A stretch of DNA of 64,000 nucleotides from Longimicrobiales bacterium (GCA_041690395.1 JAWLHJ010000005.1:320001-384000); one strand, 5' to 3'; counted from the stretch's first letter, positions 10,784-20,790 are shown. Made by a program: numbers and translations. Notes: generated from the sequence alone by a model not told the origin.

Positions 10784-11146
10784 TCAGACGTGGGGAGGGG
10801 CGTTCGCGGGTGCGGCCAGAAGGCCCAGGAGCGCGGCGCCTGACCGGATGACGAGGAGGTCGGGGTTGCTGGGACCCCGGAGCAGGGCTCCCGCGCGGAG
10901 CTGCGGGTGCCGACCCGCCCGGCCGGTATGGCGCTCGGGCGTGGGCGAGGACGAGTCCCCGGATTCCGCGGCACTGGCCCACGTGGAGGTGGGTGCCGCG
11001 GTGCTGGGGACGCCGCCCTGCAGGACGAGCCTCGCCCCGCCGTCCGGCCCGGGAAGGGCGGACGGTGTCGGGAACGCGAGAGCCCCCGCGCCGATGAGGA
11101 GGAGCGCCAGGGCCGTCCCGCGAGTCCGCATCAGGGTCTCGCGCAT
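10784..11146 (-). CDS. Leader-like protein copy 2 (120 aa), C-terminal APANAPPH
   Basis: Paralog of 9958-10320; start MRETL chosen by homology to MREAV. Confidence 0.7.
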   Translation of the reverse strand: MRETLMRTRGTALALLLIGAGALAFPTPSALPGPDGGARLVLQGGVPSTAAPTSTWASAAESGDSSSPTPERHTGRAGRHPQLRAGALLRGPSNPDLLVIRSGAALLGLLAAPANAPPHV

Positions 11147-11295
11147 CGGCTGTGTCCTGCGACGGGTCACGAATGCCCGGCCACGCCGTTCGGCCGCGGC
11201 AATCGTCGAAAGCTAGCTCGTCCGTTCCGGGTGACGAAGCCCCGGGGGTGGCGGACCGCAGTGGCGGTGCCGGCCCCCCGGGGCGGCCCGGGTGT

Positions 11296-11823
11296 TCAGA
11301 GCTCCGGGAAGGTCAGTCCGAAGCGCCGGCACAGCCCCGGCACGCTGTCGAAATCCATCTCGAGGTCGAACTCCGCGTTGATGCGGGCGAAGGCTTCCAC
11401 GTCGCCCCACGCGTCGGCCACCTTACGGAAGTAGTCCTCGAACCCTCCGGGCGAGATCACCTCGATGATGTGACACGGGGTGTCGCCCGCGTTCCAGAAC
11501 GTGTGCCACTGGCCGCGCGGCTTGAAGACCCAGCTGCCCGCCTCGGCCACGACGACCTCGTCCCCGAGGAGCGCGCCGAGCTTTCCCTCGAGCACGTACG
11601 AGTACTCATCCTCGTTGTGGTGGCGATGGAGCGGCGCCGCGAGGGCGTGCGGGGCCAATGGATGATGGACGACGCTGAAGTGTCCGTCGGTCGCGTCGGC
11701 GTCGATCTTCCAGTGGACGCCGAGCCCGCCGAAGTCGAAGCTGTCGCCCCCGTCGGCCGGGATCCGGACGGCGGGGCTCGCGTGTTCCTGGGTGGGTGCG
11801 CTGGAAAGGCTGGAGGGTGTCAT
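11296..11823 (-). CDS. Cupin domain protein
   Basis: 'PLHRHHNEDEYSYVLEG', 'PRGQWHTFWN'. Confidence 0.9.
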   Translation of the reverse strand: MTPSSLSSAPTQEHASPAVRIPADGGDSFDFGGLGVHWKIDADATDGHFSVVHHPLAPHALAAPLHRHHNEDEYSYVLEGKLGALLGDEVVVAEAGSWVFKPRGQWHTFWNAGDTPCHIIEVISPGGFEDYFRKVADAWGDVEAFARINAEFDLEMDFDSVPGLCRRFGLTFPEL

Positions 11824-11951
11824 GGTCTGCTCCTGGTTCGTCTTCTCTGGGATCGTAGGGAGGGCGTCATTCGGGGTACCGACCGCCCTCGCCGTCCCCT
11901 GCGCATCTCTTCACGCTGTTGAGACACCTCATCCCTCCGGAGACCCTTTCC

Positions 11952-12161
11952 ATGCCTTACGTCAATGTCCAGATCACGCGCGGCGCGACCCGAGACCAGA
12001 AGCGGACGGTGGTCGAGGACATCACTCGCTCCCTCGTGTCCGCGCTCGGCAAGAAGCCCGAGCACATCCACATCGTCATCCAGGAGATCGAGGAGGAGGA
12101 CTGGGGCTTCGACGGCATGCTCACCGACGAGTGGCGGGCGGCGCGGCGCGGCGCCGGGTGA
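11952..12161 (+). CDS. 4-oxalocrotonate tautomerase family protein
   Basis: Catalytic Pro-1 'MPYVNVQIT...QKRTVV..IT', 'IQEI..EDWGFDG'. Confidence 0.9.
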   Translation: MPYVNVQITRGATRDQKRTVVEDITRSLVSALGKKPEHIHIVIQEIEEEDWGFDGMLTDEWRAARRGAG

Positions 12162-12240
12162 GCGGGACGACGCGCGAGTGGCGCGACGGCTGCGTGGCGC
12201 CCCGGGTGAGCGGATGACGCGCGACGCGGTTCGCGACCCT

Positions 12241-12288
12241 TGACCTGAATGTCTCAGTTCAACAGATTGACCTGAGGCGTTCAGGTGA
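12241..12288 (+). promoter_or_regulatory. Candidate PadR operator pair
   Basis: tgacctgaatgtctcagttca and tgacctgaggcgttcaggtga: two imperfect palindromes ~30 bp upstream of the PadR start. Confidence 0.55.
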
Positions 12289-12319
12289 ACGTCGCCATCA
12301 TTCGTCCGGGGAACCGATC

Positions 12320-12661
12320 ATGACACCCACGCCCATGGGCCCCGTGCAGGGCACGCTGGAGCTGCTCGTCCTCAAGTCGCTCGCGACCGGGGGCGAGATG
12401 CACGGCTTCGGGATCCTCGACTGGATGCGCCGCACCACGGGCGAGGAGATCGTCGTGGAGGACGGCGCGCTCTACCACGCGCTGCACCGGATGAAGAAGC
12501 GTGGGTGGGTGAGCGCCGAGTGGGGCGTCTCGGACAAGGGACGCCGGGCCCGCTACTACGGGCTCACCGACAAGGGACGGGCCGCGCTCGCCGAGGAGGA
12601 GGCGCGTTGGTCGAGATACGTGGCGGCGGTCGCCCGCATCACCGGAGCGGAGCCCGCGTGA
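12320..12661 (+). CDS. PadR family transcriptional regulator
   Basis: 'QGTLELLVLKSL', 'MHGFGI', 'GALYHALHRM', 'RARYYGLT'. Confidence 0.92.
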   Translation: MTPTPMGPVQGTLELLVLKSLATGGEMHGFGILDWMRRTTGEEIVVEDGALYHALHRMKKRGWVSAEWGVSDKGRRARYYGLTDKGRAALAEEEARWSRYVAAVARITGAEPA

Positions 12662-12674
12662 CGAGGGGAAGTTC

Positions 12675-15401
12675 GTGATACGTCTGTCGCGGATTCGCGA
12701 AGTGCTCGGGGCGATCGTGCGGCGCTTCGACCCGTCGGACGACGTCGACGAGGAGATCCGGCATCACCTGGAGGAGATGGTGGACGCGCTCCGGGCGGAG
12801 GGCCTGCCGCGCGAGCGGGCGCGGCGCGAGGCGGAGCGGCGTTTCGGGAGCGTGCGACGGCATCGGGATGCGTTGGTGCGGTTGAACCGGAGGGGGGAGA
12901 CGATGCGGAGGGGACTGGAGACGGCACGGCGCGTGTGGGGCGAGGTGAGGCAGGCGGCGCGGGGGCTCGCGCGAAATCCCGGATTCTCGCTGGGTGTGCT
13001 CGCGACGCTCGGGCTCGGCATCGGGGTGAACGGGGCCATGTTCGCGGTGACGGACCGGCTGCTGCTGCGTGCGCCGGATCACATCGAGCGCCCGGACGAG
13101 GTGCGTCGGGTTCTCACGCTCCGCAGCAGATTCGACGCTCCCTCCTACGGGGCTTCGATGACGTATCCGGACCTCGACGACCTTCGGACGGTGGGTGAGT
13201 TCACCGCCGCTGCCGGCTACTCGGGTCCACGCACCAGGACCCTGGGCGAAGGCGCCGAGGCGATGCGCGTGGAGACCGTCGGGGCGAGCCACGACTTCTT
13301 CACGCTGCTCGGAGTCGGTCCGGCCCTGGGACGCTTTCCGTCGCCTGAGGACGACGAGGTCGAGGCCGCCCCCACGGCCGTGCTGGACTGGGACTTCTGG
13401 CAGCGGAGCTTCGGTGGAACGCCCGACGTCCTGGGCACGTCCATCGAGATCGACGGGGTCGCCTACACGGTCATCGGGGTGACGCCCCGGGGCTTCACCG
13501 GCGTCGACATGAGTCGGGTGGACGTGTGGATCCCGCTCGTTCCGTACGGGATGCTGCAGTGGGGCCGGTACGACTTCCATGAGAGTCGCGGCTTCTGGTG
13601 GATGCGCCTCATCGTCCGCGCCGAGGATGATGCGCGACTGGCGGCCGCGGAGGAAGCCACGACGGCCCTGCACCGGAACGCCCGGCAGGAGGAGATCGAG
13701 ACCGGGCGCTACGACCCCGACGCACGCATCGTGACGGCTCCGCTCATCGCGGCGCGGGGGCCACTGGCGTCGGACGAGTCGCGGGTCGCGCTCTGGCTGT
13801 CGGGCGTGGCCCTGTTGGTGCTGCTGATCGCGTGCGCGAACGTGGCCAACCTGCTGCTGGCCCGCGGTGAGCAGCGCAGGCGAGAGGAGGCCGTGCGGCT
13901 CTCTCTGGGCATCTCCCGCGCGGGGCTCCTGCGGGGAGCCATGCTCGAGGCCCTGATCCTGGCGGGCGCGGGCGGCGTGCTCGCGCTCGGGCTCGCGCAT
14001 TGGGGCGCGGTCGTCATCCGGGACACCCTGATGCCCGACGTCTACTGGGCCGGGTCGGCGGTGGATGCCCGTCTGGCGGGGTTCATGGCGGGCGTGGCCA
14101 TGGTCGCCGGCCTCGTCGCGGGGATCGGGCCGGCGCTCCGGAGCGCTCGTGCGGACGTGGCCGTGCAGCTCCAGAACGGCGGGCGGGGCAATGCCGGCCG
14201 TCGCTCGCGCCTCCGGAACGGCCTCGCGGTGGCCCAGGTCGCACTCTCCGTCGTGCTGCTGGTGGGGGCCGGCCTGTTCGTCCGCAGCCTGGCCGAAGTG
14301 CGCGGCCTCGACCTGGGAGTCGACGTCGATCGGCTGGCCGTCGTCCGGCTCGAGGTCGATGGAACCGCATCGATGTTCGGTCAGGAGACGGAGGAGGAAC
14401 GAGTGGCGAACACCGCCCTCTACGAGGAGGCGACGCGCATCGCCCGGGAGGCGGACGGGGTGGCCTCCGTCTCGCTTACCATGTCGCCGTTCGGATGGGC
14501 GTTCTCCGCCGGGATCCGGGTGCCTGGGCTCGACTCGATTCCCGATCTCCCCGGCGGCGGTCCGTATTACGTGGGTGCCGACGAGCACTACCTGTCCACG
14601 CTCGGTATCGAGGTGCTGAGAGGCCGCGGCCTCGAGGCCGCCGATCGAGCCGAGGGAACCCACGTGGCGGTCATCAGCGAGACCATGGCGCGCACGCTGT
14701 GGCCGCGTGAGGACGCGCTCGGCAAGTGCTTCTACCACGGAGAGGAGGAGGACACGCCGTGCACGACGGTCGTTGGCGTGGCCGAGGACGTCACTCGCGG
14801 GTCTCTACAGGAGGAGGCACACATGGCTTACTACGTGCCTCTCACCGTGGATGGCCCCGCACCGCGCGGGATGTACGTGCGGACTACGTCGGACGACGCG
14901 GCGGCCGTCGCCTCGGCGCTGGCGCGTCCGCTGCGCTCGTTCTCGCCCCGCGTGCGCTACGCGTCCGTCGAGACGCTCCGTGACGCGCTGGATCCCCAGG
15001 CGCGCGCCTGGTCCCTCGGCGCGACGCTCTTCTCGGCGTTCGGGGTGCTGGCGCTGCTGGTGGCGGTCGTCGGGCTCTACAGCCTACTCGCGTTCGACGT
15101 CGCCGACCGCACCCGGGAGCTGGGCATCCGGTCGGCGTTGGGCGCCAGCAAGCAGGGGCTACTCCGCGGCGTCGTGGTTCGCGGCGTCGGGCTCGCCGTG
15201 GCGGGCGTGGCTCTCGGCTCGACGGTTGCCCTGTGGCTGGCGCCCAGAGTGGAGGACCTCCTCTTCGGCGTCGCCGCGCGCGATCCGCTCGTCCTCACGA
15301 CCGTGGCTGTCGTGCTCGTTGGGGCCGGCGCGCTCGCGTCCTGGGTGCCGGGCATGAGGGCCACGAGTGTCGATCCGATGGAGGCGTTGCGGTCGGAGTG
15401 A
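12675..15401 (+). CDS. ADOP-type duplicated ABC permease
   Basis: Permease prefix domain 'DEEIRHHLE', 'IACANVANLLLAR', 'RELGIRSALGA', 'VDPMEALRSE'. Confidence 0.92.
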   Translation: MIRLSRIREVLGAIVRRFDPSDDVDEEIRHHLEEMVDALRAEGLPRERARREAERRFGSVRRHRDALVRLNRRGETMRRGLETARRVWGEVRQAARGLARNPGFSLGVLATLGLGIGVNGAMFAVTDRLLLRAPDHIERPDEVRRVLTLRSRFDAPSYGASMTYPDLDDLRTVGEFTAAAGYSGPRTRTLGEGAEAMRVETVGASHDFFTLLGVGPALGRFPSPEDDEVEAAPTAVLDWDFWQRSFGGTPDVLGTSIEIDGVAYTVIGVTPRGFTGVDMSRVDVWIPLVPYGMLQWGRYDFHESRGFWWMRLIVRAEDDARLAAAEEATTALHRNARQEEIETGRYDPDARIVTAPLIAARGPLASDESRVALWLSGVALLVLLIACANVANLLLARGEQRRREEAVRLSLGISRAGLLRGAMLEALILAGAGGVLALGLAHWGAVVIRDTLMPDVYWAGSAVDARLAGFMAGVAMVAGLVAGIGPALRSARADVAVQLQNGGRGNAGRRSRLRNGLAVAQVALSVVLLVGAGLFVRSLAEVRGLDLGVDVDRLAVVRLEVDGTASMFGQETEEERVANTALYEEATRIAREADGVASVSLTMSPFGWAFSAGIRVPGLDSIPDLPGGGPYYVGADEHYLSTLGIEVLRGRGLEAADRAEGTHVAVISETMARTLWPREDALGKCFYHGEEEDTPCTTVVGVAEDVTRGSLQEEAHMAYYVPLTVDGPAPRGMYVRTTSDDAAAVASALARPLRSFSPRVRYASVETLRDALDPQARAWSLGATLFSAFGVLALLVAVVGLYSLLAFDVADRTRELGIRSALGASKQGLLRGVVVRGVGLAVAGVALGSTVALWLAPRVEDLLFGVAARDPLVLTTVAVVLVGAGALASWVPGMRATSVDPMEALRSE

Positions 15402-15462
15402 CGGCGCCCTGAACCCGCGGCCAGGGGTACGGGGTGGTCGGGGTGGGCCGGCAGCTTCGGAG

Positions 15463-15954
15463 GTCGGCACGCGGGTGCTGGGCGGGTGGGCAGCTTCTGG
15501 GAGTCGGCACGCGGGTGCTGGGGAGCGCCCCCCGTGTTCGCGAGCGCCCCCCCGTGCTGGGGAGAGCCGCCCCCCGTGCTCGCGAGCGCCGCGCCGTACC
15601 GACGATCGTGGCCGGCCGGTACCGGGATGCGGTCGCGGAGGCGGTCGCGGAGGCGGTCGCGGAGGGTGCCGGTGGCAGAAATCGCACATCGGTGCCGCCG
15701 CGAGGCGGCGGCGTCATTTTGTCGCCAGATGTGGCGCCGGGTCTCACGAGCGTCAGAGTGGCCGGTCTTTGCGCGTCATCGTTCCGCCACATGAGGTAGT
15801 CGACACGACATGCGCGGTGTGGCCTCTCCGTCATGTCATCTTTCCGCCAGGCTCCTTCCGGATTCCGCCAGGCTCCTCGTGGCCGACGATGGTCCCCGTC
15901 CAGGCCCCCCGGCGTGGCGGCCCCGTCCAGGCCCCCCGGCGTGGCGGCCCCGTC
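15463..15954. repeat. Cluster of short tandem/direct repeats upstream of DUF559 gene
   Basis: 20-mer gtcggcacgcgggtgctggg x2 (15463, 15503); 12-mer gcggtcgcggag x3 (15629-15664); 27-mer ccccgtccaggccccccggcgtggcgg x2 (15894-15947). Confidence 0.8.
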
Positions 15955-16081
15955 AGCGCCCTCCGACGTGACGGTCCCGGAGCGCCCACCGCTGGCCACG
16001 TCTCCCCGCGGCCACGTCCCCGCGCGGATCTCGTCCCCGAACCGCATGGGCTTGTCCCGGGGTGCGACGCAGAATGGATGC

Positions 16082-17023
16082 ATGACCCATGCACCCTCCT
16101 CTCGTGGACACCTCACCTCGGGCGAACGCCCCACCGTGGAGCAGGCCGCGGAACGAATCGCGGCCGGTCAACACGGCGTCGTCACTCGGGGACAACTCCT
16201 TTCCGCCGGGTGTCCCGCCCGCACCGTGGACCGGCGGGTGGCGACCGGCCGCCTCCGCGCCGTACACCGCGGTGTGTACACGCTCGGGCCCGTCCAGGCG
16301 CCGGGCATGGAGGAGATGGCGGCGGTCCTCGCCTGCGGGCGCCACGCACTCGTCAGCCACGCCAGCGCCGGTGTCCTGTGGCGCATTCTCCGTCCCGACT
16401 TCCGCCCGACTGCTGCCCACGTGATCCTCGTCGGCAGGCACCGAGCCCGCCCGGGCATCCGGATCCATCGCGTCGCCGAACTCGCGCCGGATGAGCGCAG
16501 CGTCCGAGACGGCATCCCCCTGACCAGCCCTTCGCGTACCCTCTACGACCTGGCCAGCGTGCTCAAGCCTCGCGCTCTCGAGCAGGCGGTGGCCGAAGCG
16601 ATCGCCCTCCGCCTCGTCGCGCTGGAGGGTCTGGCGGCGGCGGCCGAACGCTACCGGGGCCGGCTGGGCGCGGGTCGATTCCGACAAGTGGTCAAAGGCG
16701 ATGCAAGACCGAGCCGGACCCGTTCCACGGCCGAAGAACGCTTTCTGGCCCTCGTACGTAAGGCGAGCGTCGGCCGGCCGAAGCTCAATACTCCGGTCGC
16801 CGGCCACGAGGTGGACTTCTTCTGGCCCGAGCATCTTCTGGTGGTCGAAGTGGACGGGTGGGCATACCACAGCTCGCCGAAGGCAGTGAGTCGGGATCGC
16901 CGGCGAGACGCGGATCTCGCCACCGCGGGATACCGGGTGCTGCGCATCACGTGGCGAGAGATCGTCCATCGACCGGAGGCGCTGCTGGTGCGTCTCGGGC
17001 GCGCTCTGGCGGTGGGGCGTTGA
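16082..17023 (+). CDS. AbiEi-like N-terminal HTH + DUF559 (Vsr-like endonuclease) protein
   Basis: 'QHGVVTRGQL', 'VHRGVY', 'VSHASA', 'EVDFFWP..LVVEVDGWAYH', 'GYRVLRITW'. Confidence 0.85.
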   Translation: MTHAPSSRGHLTSGERPTVEQAAERIAAGQHGVVTRGQLLSAGCPARTVDRRVATGRLRAVHRGVYTLGPVQAPGMEEMAAVLACGRHALVSHASAGVLWRILRPDFRPTAAHVILVGRHRARPGIRIHRVAELAPDERSVRDGIPLTSPSRTLYDLASVLKPRALEQAVAEAIALRLVALEGLAAAAERYRGRLGAGRFRQVVKGDARPSRTRSTAEERFLALVRKASVGRPKLNTPVAGHEVDFFWPEHLLVVEVDGWAYHSSPKAVSRDRRRDADLATAGYRVLRITWREIVHRPEALLVRLGRALAVGR

Positions 17024-17161
17024 GCCGGAGGTGCGCGGCGCGTCGAGCGAAAGTGGGTGGGGCGTTGAGCCCGAGGTGCGCGGCGCGTCGAGCGAAGGTG
17101 GGCGGGGTGTTGAGCCCGAGGTGCGCGTGGCGGTGAGCCCGGAGTGCGTGGCGCGTTGAGC
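17011..17161. repeat. 45-bp tandem repeat (~2.6 copies plus degenerate tail) spanning the DUF559 stop codon
   Basis: Units start at 17011, 17056, 17101 (ggtggggcgttgagcc.gaggtgcgcggcgcgtcgagcgaa.gtg). Confidence 0.85.
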
Positions 17162-17275
17162 TCAGGGTTGACGATGCCTGGCGATCGGACTCCAAATCCT
17201 GCACCATGTCAGGTATCCCGTGTACGGGGGATGCACCGTACACGGCTCCGCTTGTTACCGTCGTCCGGAGGTCCC

Positions 17276-19633
17276 ATGCGTATGGTCATCCCTCGCCAGG
17301 CGCGGCCGCGCCACAAGGTCCCGCTCCGTCGTTCGTGCCCTCGTCCGCAGCGGTCGCCGGTGGGCGTTTCCGCGCTCCTGGCGCTCCTGGCACCCCTCGC
17401 GCTCGTCATGGCCCCCGTCGCTCTCGAGGCCCAGCAGCGCCCGCTCACCTTCCTGGACGTGCAGCAGATGAGCAGCGCCGGTCAGTGGACGCCGAGCTCC
17501 GACGGCCGTTGGATGCTCTACTCCGTGACCACCCCGGACTGGCAGGAGGACGAGTCCCAGTCCGATATCCATCTCGTGTCGCTGGATGAGGGGGTCTCGT
17601 CGAGCCGTCAGCTCACGTTCACGCCCGAGCACGACGAGGATCGGCCGGCCTGGGCGCCCGAGGCGGGAGTCTTCGTCTTCTCGTCCGACCGGGACGCGGA
17701 CGTCGAGGGCCTGAGCGGTCGTCAGCTGTACGCGATGCGCACCGACGGCGGGGAGGCCCGGCGGATCACCGACGACGAGCACGGTGTCGCGGACTTCGAG
17801 TTCAGCCCCGACGGCCGCTGGCTCGTCTACCGGAGCGGGGAGGAGGACCGCGAGCAGCTGCACCGGATTCCCGGCACGCTCATGCCGGGTACGGAGCCCG
17901 TCACGCTCACGTCGGGCGAGGCTGGCGTGGAGCGCTGGGAGTGGGCACCCGACGGCAGCCGGATCTACTTCACGCGCCCCGACGACTTCGACGAGCACGA
18001 TCACCGCAGGCGCGAGATGGACTTCACGGTCGACGTCCGCAACCAGGTCACGCCTCTGTCGAGCCTCTGGTCGGTCCAGGTCGCCGATGCCCGTGAAGAG
18101 CTACTCGAGGAGGACTCCACCTACAGCGTCGACGGGTTCGAGGTTTCGGCCGACGGCCGCTGGATCGCCTTCTCGGGCGGCTCCCCCGAGCGGTACGAGC
18201 GGAACATCACCGGCGCCGGTCTCTACCGGGACCCGTACCTGTTCGAGGTGGCCACCGGCACCATCGAGCAGCTCGCCGAGAACCACGAGGTGGGCGAGAG
18301 CACGCCGAGCTTCTCGCCGGACGGCCGCTGGATCGCGTTCTCGGCGCCGGACGACATGACCGGCTATACCATGACCGAGGACCGGGTCTACATCCGCGCC
18401 GTGGACGACCGGGGCGGAGCCTTCCGCAAGCTGGCCACGGACTTCGACAACAGCGCCGACATCGACTTCTGGTCCGAGGACGGCAACACGATCTACTTCA
18501 CGACCGGCGTGAAGGTCACCCGCCAGCTCCACGCCCTCGACGTGGCCAGCGGCGACGTGCGCCAGGTCACCTACGAGGAAGCCACGCTCTCGGTCGACCG
18601 TGACGAGGACTCGGGCGTGCTCCTCATCGATTACCAGGATCCCGCGACGCCGGCGACGGTCTTCACGGTCGACGACCTCGGCATGGTGGCCGACCGCTCG
18701 CGCTGGACCCGGCTCGTGGACGTGAACCCGTGGATCGAGGAGGAGATCGCGCTCGGGCGTGAGGTGGAGGTGGAGTGGACATCGACCGACGGGAAGACCG
18801 TGGGCGGCGTTCTGAACCTCCCCGTGGGCTACGAGGAAGGGGAGCGCTACCCCCTCATCGTGGCGATCCACGGCGGCCCCGCGTCGGCGGACGTCCTGCG
18901 GTTCAACGGGGGCTACGGCTCGCAGGTGTACGCGGGGGCCGGCTACGCGGTGCTCAAGCCCAATTACCGCGGCTCCACCGGCTACGGGAACGCCCACCGC
19001 ACCGACATCGTCGGCGACTACTTCACACTCGGGTACGACGACATCATGACCGGCGTGGACCACCTCATCGCCGAGGGCATCGTCGACGGTGACCGCATGG
19101 GCGTGCTCGGCTGGAGCGCGGGAGGCCACTGGTCGAACTGGATCCTGACGCAGACCGACCGGTTCAAGGCGATCAGCTCCGGCGCGGGCACGATGAACTG
19201 GATCAGCATGTACGCGCAGAGCGACGTGCAGCGAAACCGCCAGTTCTATATCGGGGACGACTTCCTCTACGAGAACTTCGAGCCGTACTGGGACCAGTCA
19301 CCGCTCCAGTACATCTCCAACGCGAGCACGCCGACGATGATCCACGTGGTCCTCGGCGATCCGCGCGTGCCGAGCCCGCAGTCGGCCGAGCTGCACATGG
19401 CGCTCAAGAAGCTCGGGGTGCCGACCGAGTTCTTCGTGTATCCCGGGCAGAGTCACGGGATTCCGGACCCGCGGAACCGCCTCGTGAAATCCGTCAGCGA
19501 GATGGCATGGATGGACCATTGGGTCCGGGGGATCGGCGACGGCTTCGAATGGAGCCAGGTGCTCGAGACGCTCGAAACCGAGGCCACGGAGGAAGAAGCC
19601 ACGGCCACGATGAACGGCTCGGGCGGGCGGTAA
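17276..19633 (+). CDS. S9 family (prolyl oligopeptidase/acylaminoacyl) peptidase, exported
   Basis: PD40-type repeats 'SPDGRW', 'IHGGP', nucleophile 'GWSAGG', 'DPRVP', 'SHG'; start placed after GGAGG. Confidence 0.92.
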   Translation: MRMVIPRQARPRHKVPLRRSCPRPQRSPVGVSALLALLAPLALVMAPVALEAQQRPLTFLDVQQMSSAGQWTPSSDGRWMLYSVTTPDWQEDESQSDIHLVSLDEGVSSSRQLTFTPEHDEDRPAWAPEAGVFVFSSDRDADVEGLSGRQLYAMRTDGGEARRITDDEHGVADFEFSPDGRWLVYRSGEEDREQLHRIPGTLMPGTEPVTLTSGEAGVERWEWAPDGSRIYFTRPDDFDEHDHRRREMDFTVDVRNQVTPLSSLWSVQVADAREELLEEDSTYSVDGFEVSADGRWIAFSGGSPERYERNITGAGLYRDPYLFEVATGTIEQLAENHEVGESTPSFSPDGRWIAFSAPDDMTGYTMTEDRVYIRAVDDRGGAFRKLATDFDNSADIDFWSEDGNTIYFTTGVKVTRQLHALDVASGDVRQVTYEEATLSVDRDEDSGVLLIDYQDPATPATVFTVDDLGMVADRSRWTRLVDVNPWIEEEIALGREVEVEWTSTDGKTVGGVLNLPVGYEEGERYPLIVAIHGGPASADVLRFNGGYGSQVYAGAGYAVLKPNYRGSTGYGNAHRTDIVGDYFTLGYDDIMTGVDHLIAEGIVDGDRMGVLGWSAGGHWSNWILTQTDRFKAISSGAGTMNWISMYAQSDVQRNRQFYIGDDFLYENFEPYWDQSPLQYISNASTPTMIHVVLGDPRVPSPQSAELHMALKKLGVPTEFFVYPGQSHGIPDPRNRLVKSVSEMAWMDHWVRGIGDGFEWSQVLETLETEATEEEATATMNGSGGR

Positions 19634-19646
19634 CTCCCGGGCGGTA

Positions 19647-19677
19647 CCGGGGGTGGCGGACGCGCCGCCACCCCCGG
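19647..19677. terminator. Hairpin between convergent genes
   Basis: ccgggggtggcgg-acgcg-ccgccacccccgg, perfect 13-bp stem. Confidence 0.6.
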
Positions 19678-19722
19678 CCGGTCGGCCGGGGCAGCGCCGC
19701 CCCCGCCCCACCACCACAGGCT

Positions 19723-20226
19723 CTACGGCCAGCCGCGGACCAGCACCACGCCCAGGAAGACCAGCGCGAGCGCGAGAAGGGCGTTGACCCGGCCCATCCA
19801 TGACGCGGCTCGGCGAAGGCGGAGCGCCCGGTCACCGCTCGGGTCGTCGCGCATGGCGCTCGTCGCCGCCGGCCCGACGTGGAAGTCGTGCACGGCGCTG
19901 ATCGCCAGCACGAGTGCGAACAGCACGAGCTTGGCTACGATCGCGCCCCCGAACGGGGTGGCCAGCCACTCGGAGCGGGTGAAGTCCGCGAGCCGCACCT
20001 GTCTCAACCACAGGTTCAGGGTGCCCGTTCCCAGCAGTGTGAGAAGGCACGCCCAGCCCACCGTCCGGAAGCGGATCCCCGTGTCGCGGAGGAAGGCGCC
20101 CGCCTGCGCCCGGTTCCCCGCGCGCAACCAGGGCACGACGACCAGGATCAGGAAGAACATGCCGCCGATCCAGACGATCGCGGACAGGATGTGCAGGAAG
20201 ACCGAGAAGACGTAGAGCGCTTGCAT
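19723..20226 (-). CDS. CopD/DUF4149-like membrane protein
   Basis: 'FLHILSAIVWIGG', 'KLVLF...SAVHDF.VGP', four TM helices. Confidence 0.75.
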   Translation of the reverse strand: MQALYVFSVFLHILSAIVWIGGMFFLILVVVPWLRAGNRAQAGAFLRDTGIRFRTVGWACLLTLLGTGTLNLWLRQVRLADFTRSEWLATPFGGAIVAKLVLFALVLAISAVHDFHVGPAATSAMRDDPSGDRALRLRRAASWMGRVNALLALALVFLGVVLVRGWP

Positions 20227-20346
20227 GTCATGCCGGGAGAGCGGGACCGCGTGCCGATTTCGGGGTATTGAAACGGACCCCGAGCTCCCGCGCCACCCCG
20301 CCGGGCCCGGGTGACTTCCCCCGAACCCGGCAGCAGGAGGAATTAC

Positions 20347-20790
20347 ATGAGCGTGCGCGATCTTCTGACCCGGAAACCCGCCGGTGTCGTCTCGGTGAAG
20401 CCGACCGTGAGCGTGGCGGTCGCGTCGAGGCGCCTGATCGACGAAGGCGTCGGTGGGCTGCCGGTCGTGGACGAACAGGGTCGGTTGGTCGGGTTCCTCG
20501 CCGAGCGCGACGTGGTGGCACTCGTCGACGGCAAGACGTCCGGCATCCGGGACACCCCGGTCTCGGCCGCCATGCGGCGACCGGCACCCGTGTGCGGGGC
20601 GGACGAATCCCTGACGTCGGTCATGACGCGCATGACTCGCGAGCGCCTGCGTCACCTCGTGGTCATGGACGGCGACCGGATCGCGGGGGTCATCTCCGTC
20701 GGTGACATCGTGAAGCAGCGCCTCGAACAGCTCGAGACCGAAGCGGGGGTGCTGCGGGACTACGTAGCGGCCCAACGGGCGAAAGGGTAG
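20347..20790 (+). CDS. CBS domain protein
   Basis: Two CBS repeats ('GGLPVVD..GRLVG...ERD', 'RHLVVMDG...GVISVGDIVK'); SD AGGAGG. Confidence 0.9.
   Translation: MSVRDLLTRKPAGVVSVKPTVSVAVASRRLIDEGVGGLPVVDEQGRLVGFLAERDVVALVDGKTSGIRDTPVSAAMRRPAPVCGADESLTSVMTRMTRERLRHLVVMDGDRIAGVISVGDIVKQRLEQLETEAGVLRDYVAAQRAKG

Noticed and set aside
11242..11282. Hairpin sharing a 15-mer (ccgggggtggcggac) with the 19647 hairpin, as a REP family
   Set aside because: Only two short GC-rich matches, both at gene ends; terminator-like coincidence cannot be excluded
17011..17161. Possible CRISPR array
   Set aside because: Units are contiguous 45-bp tandem copies with no unique spacers, and there are no cas genes in the window
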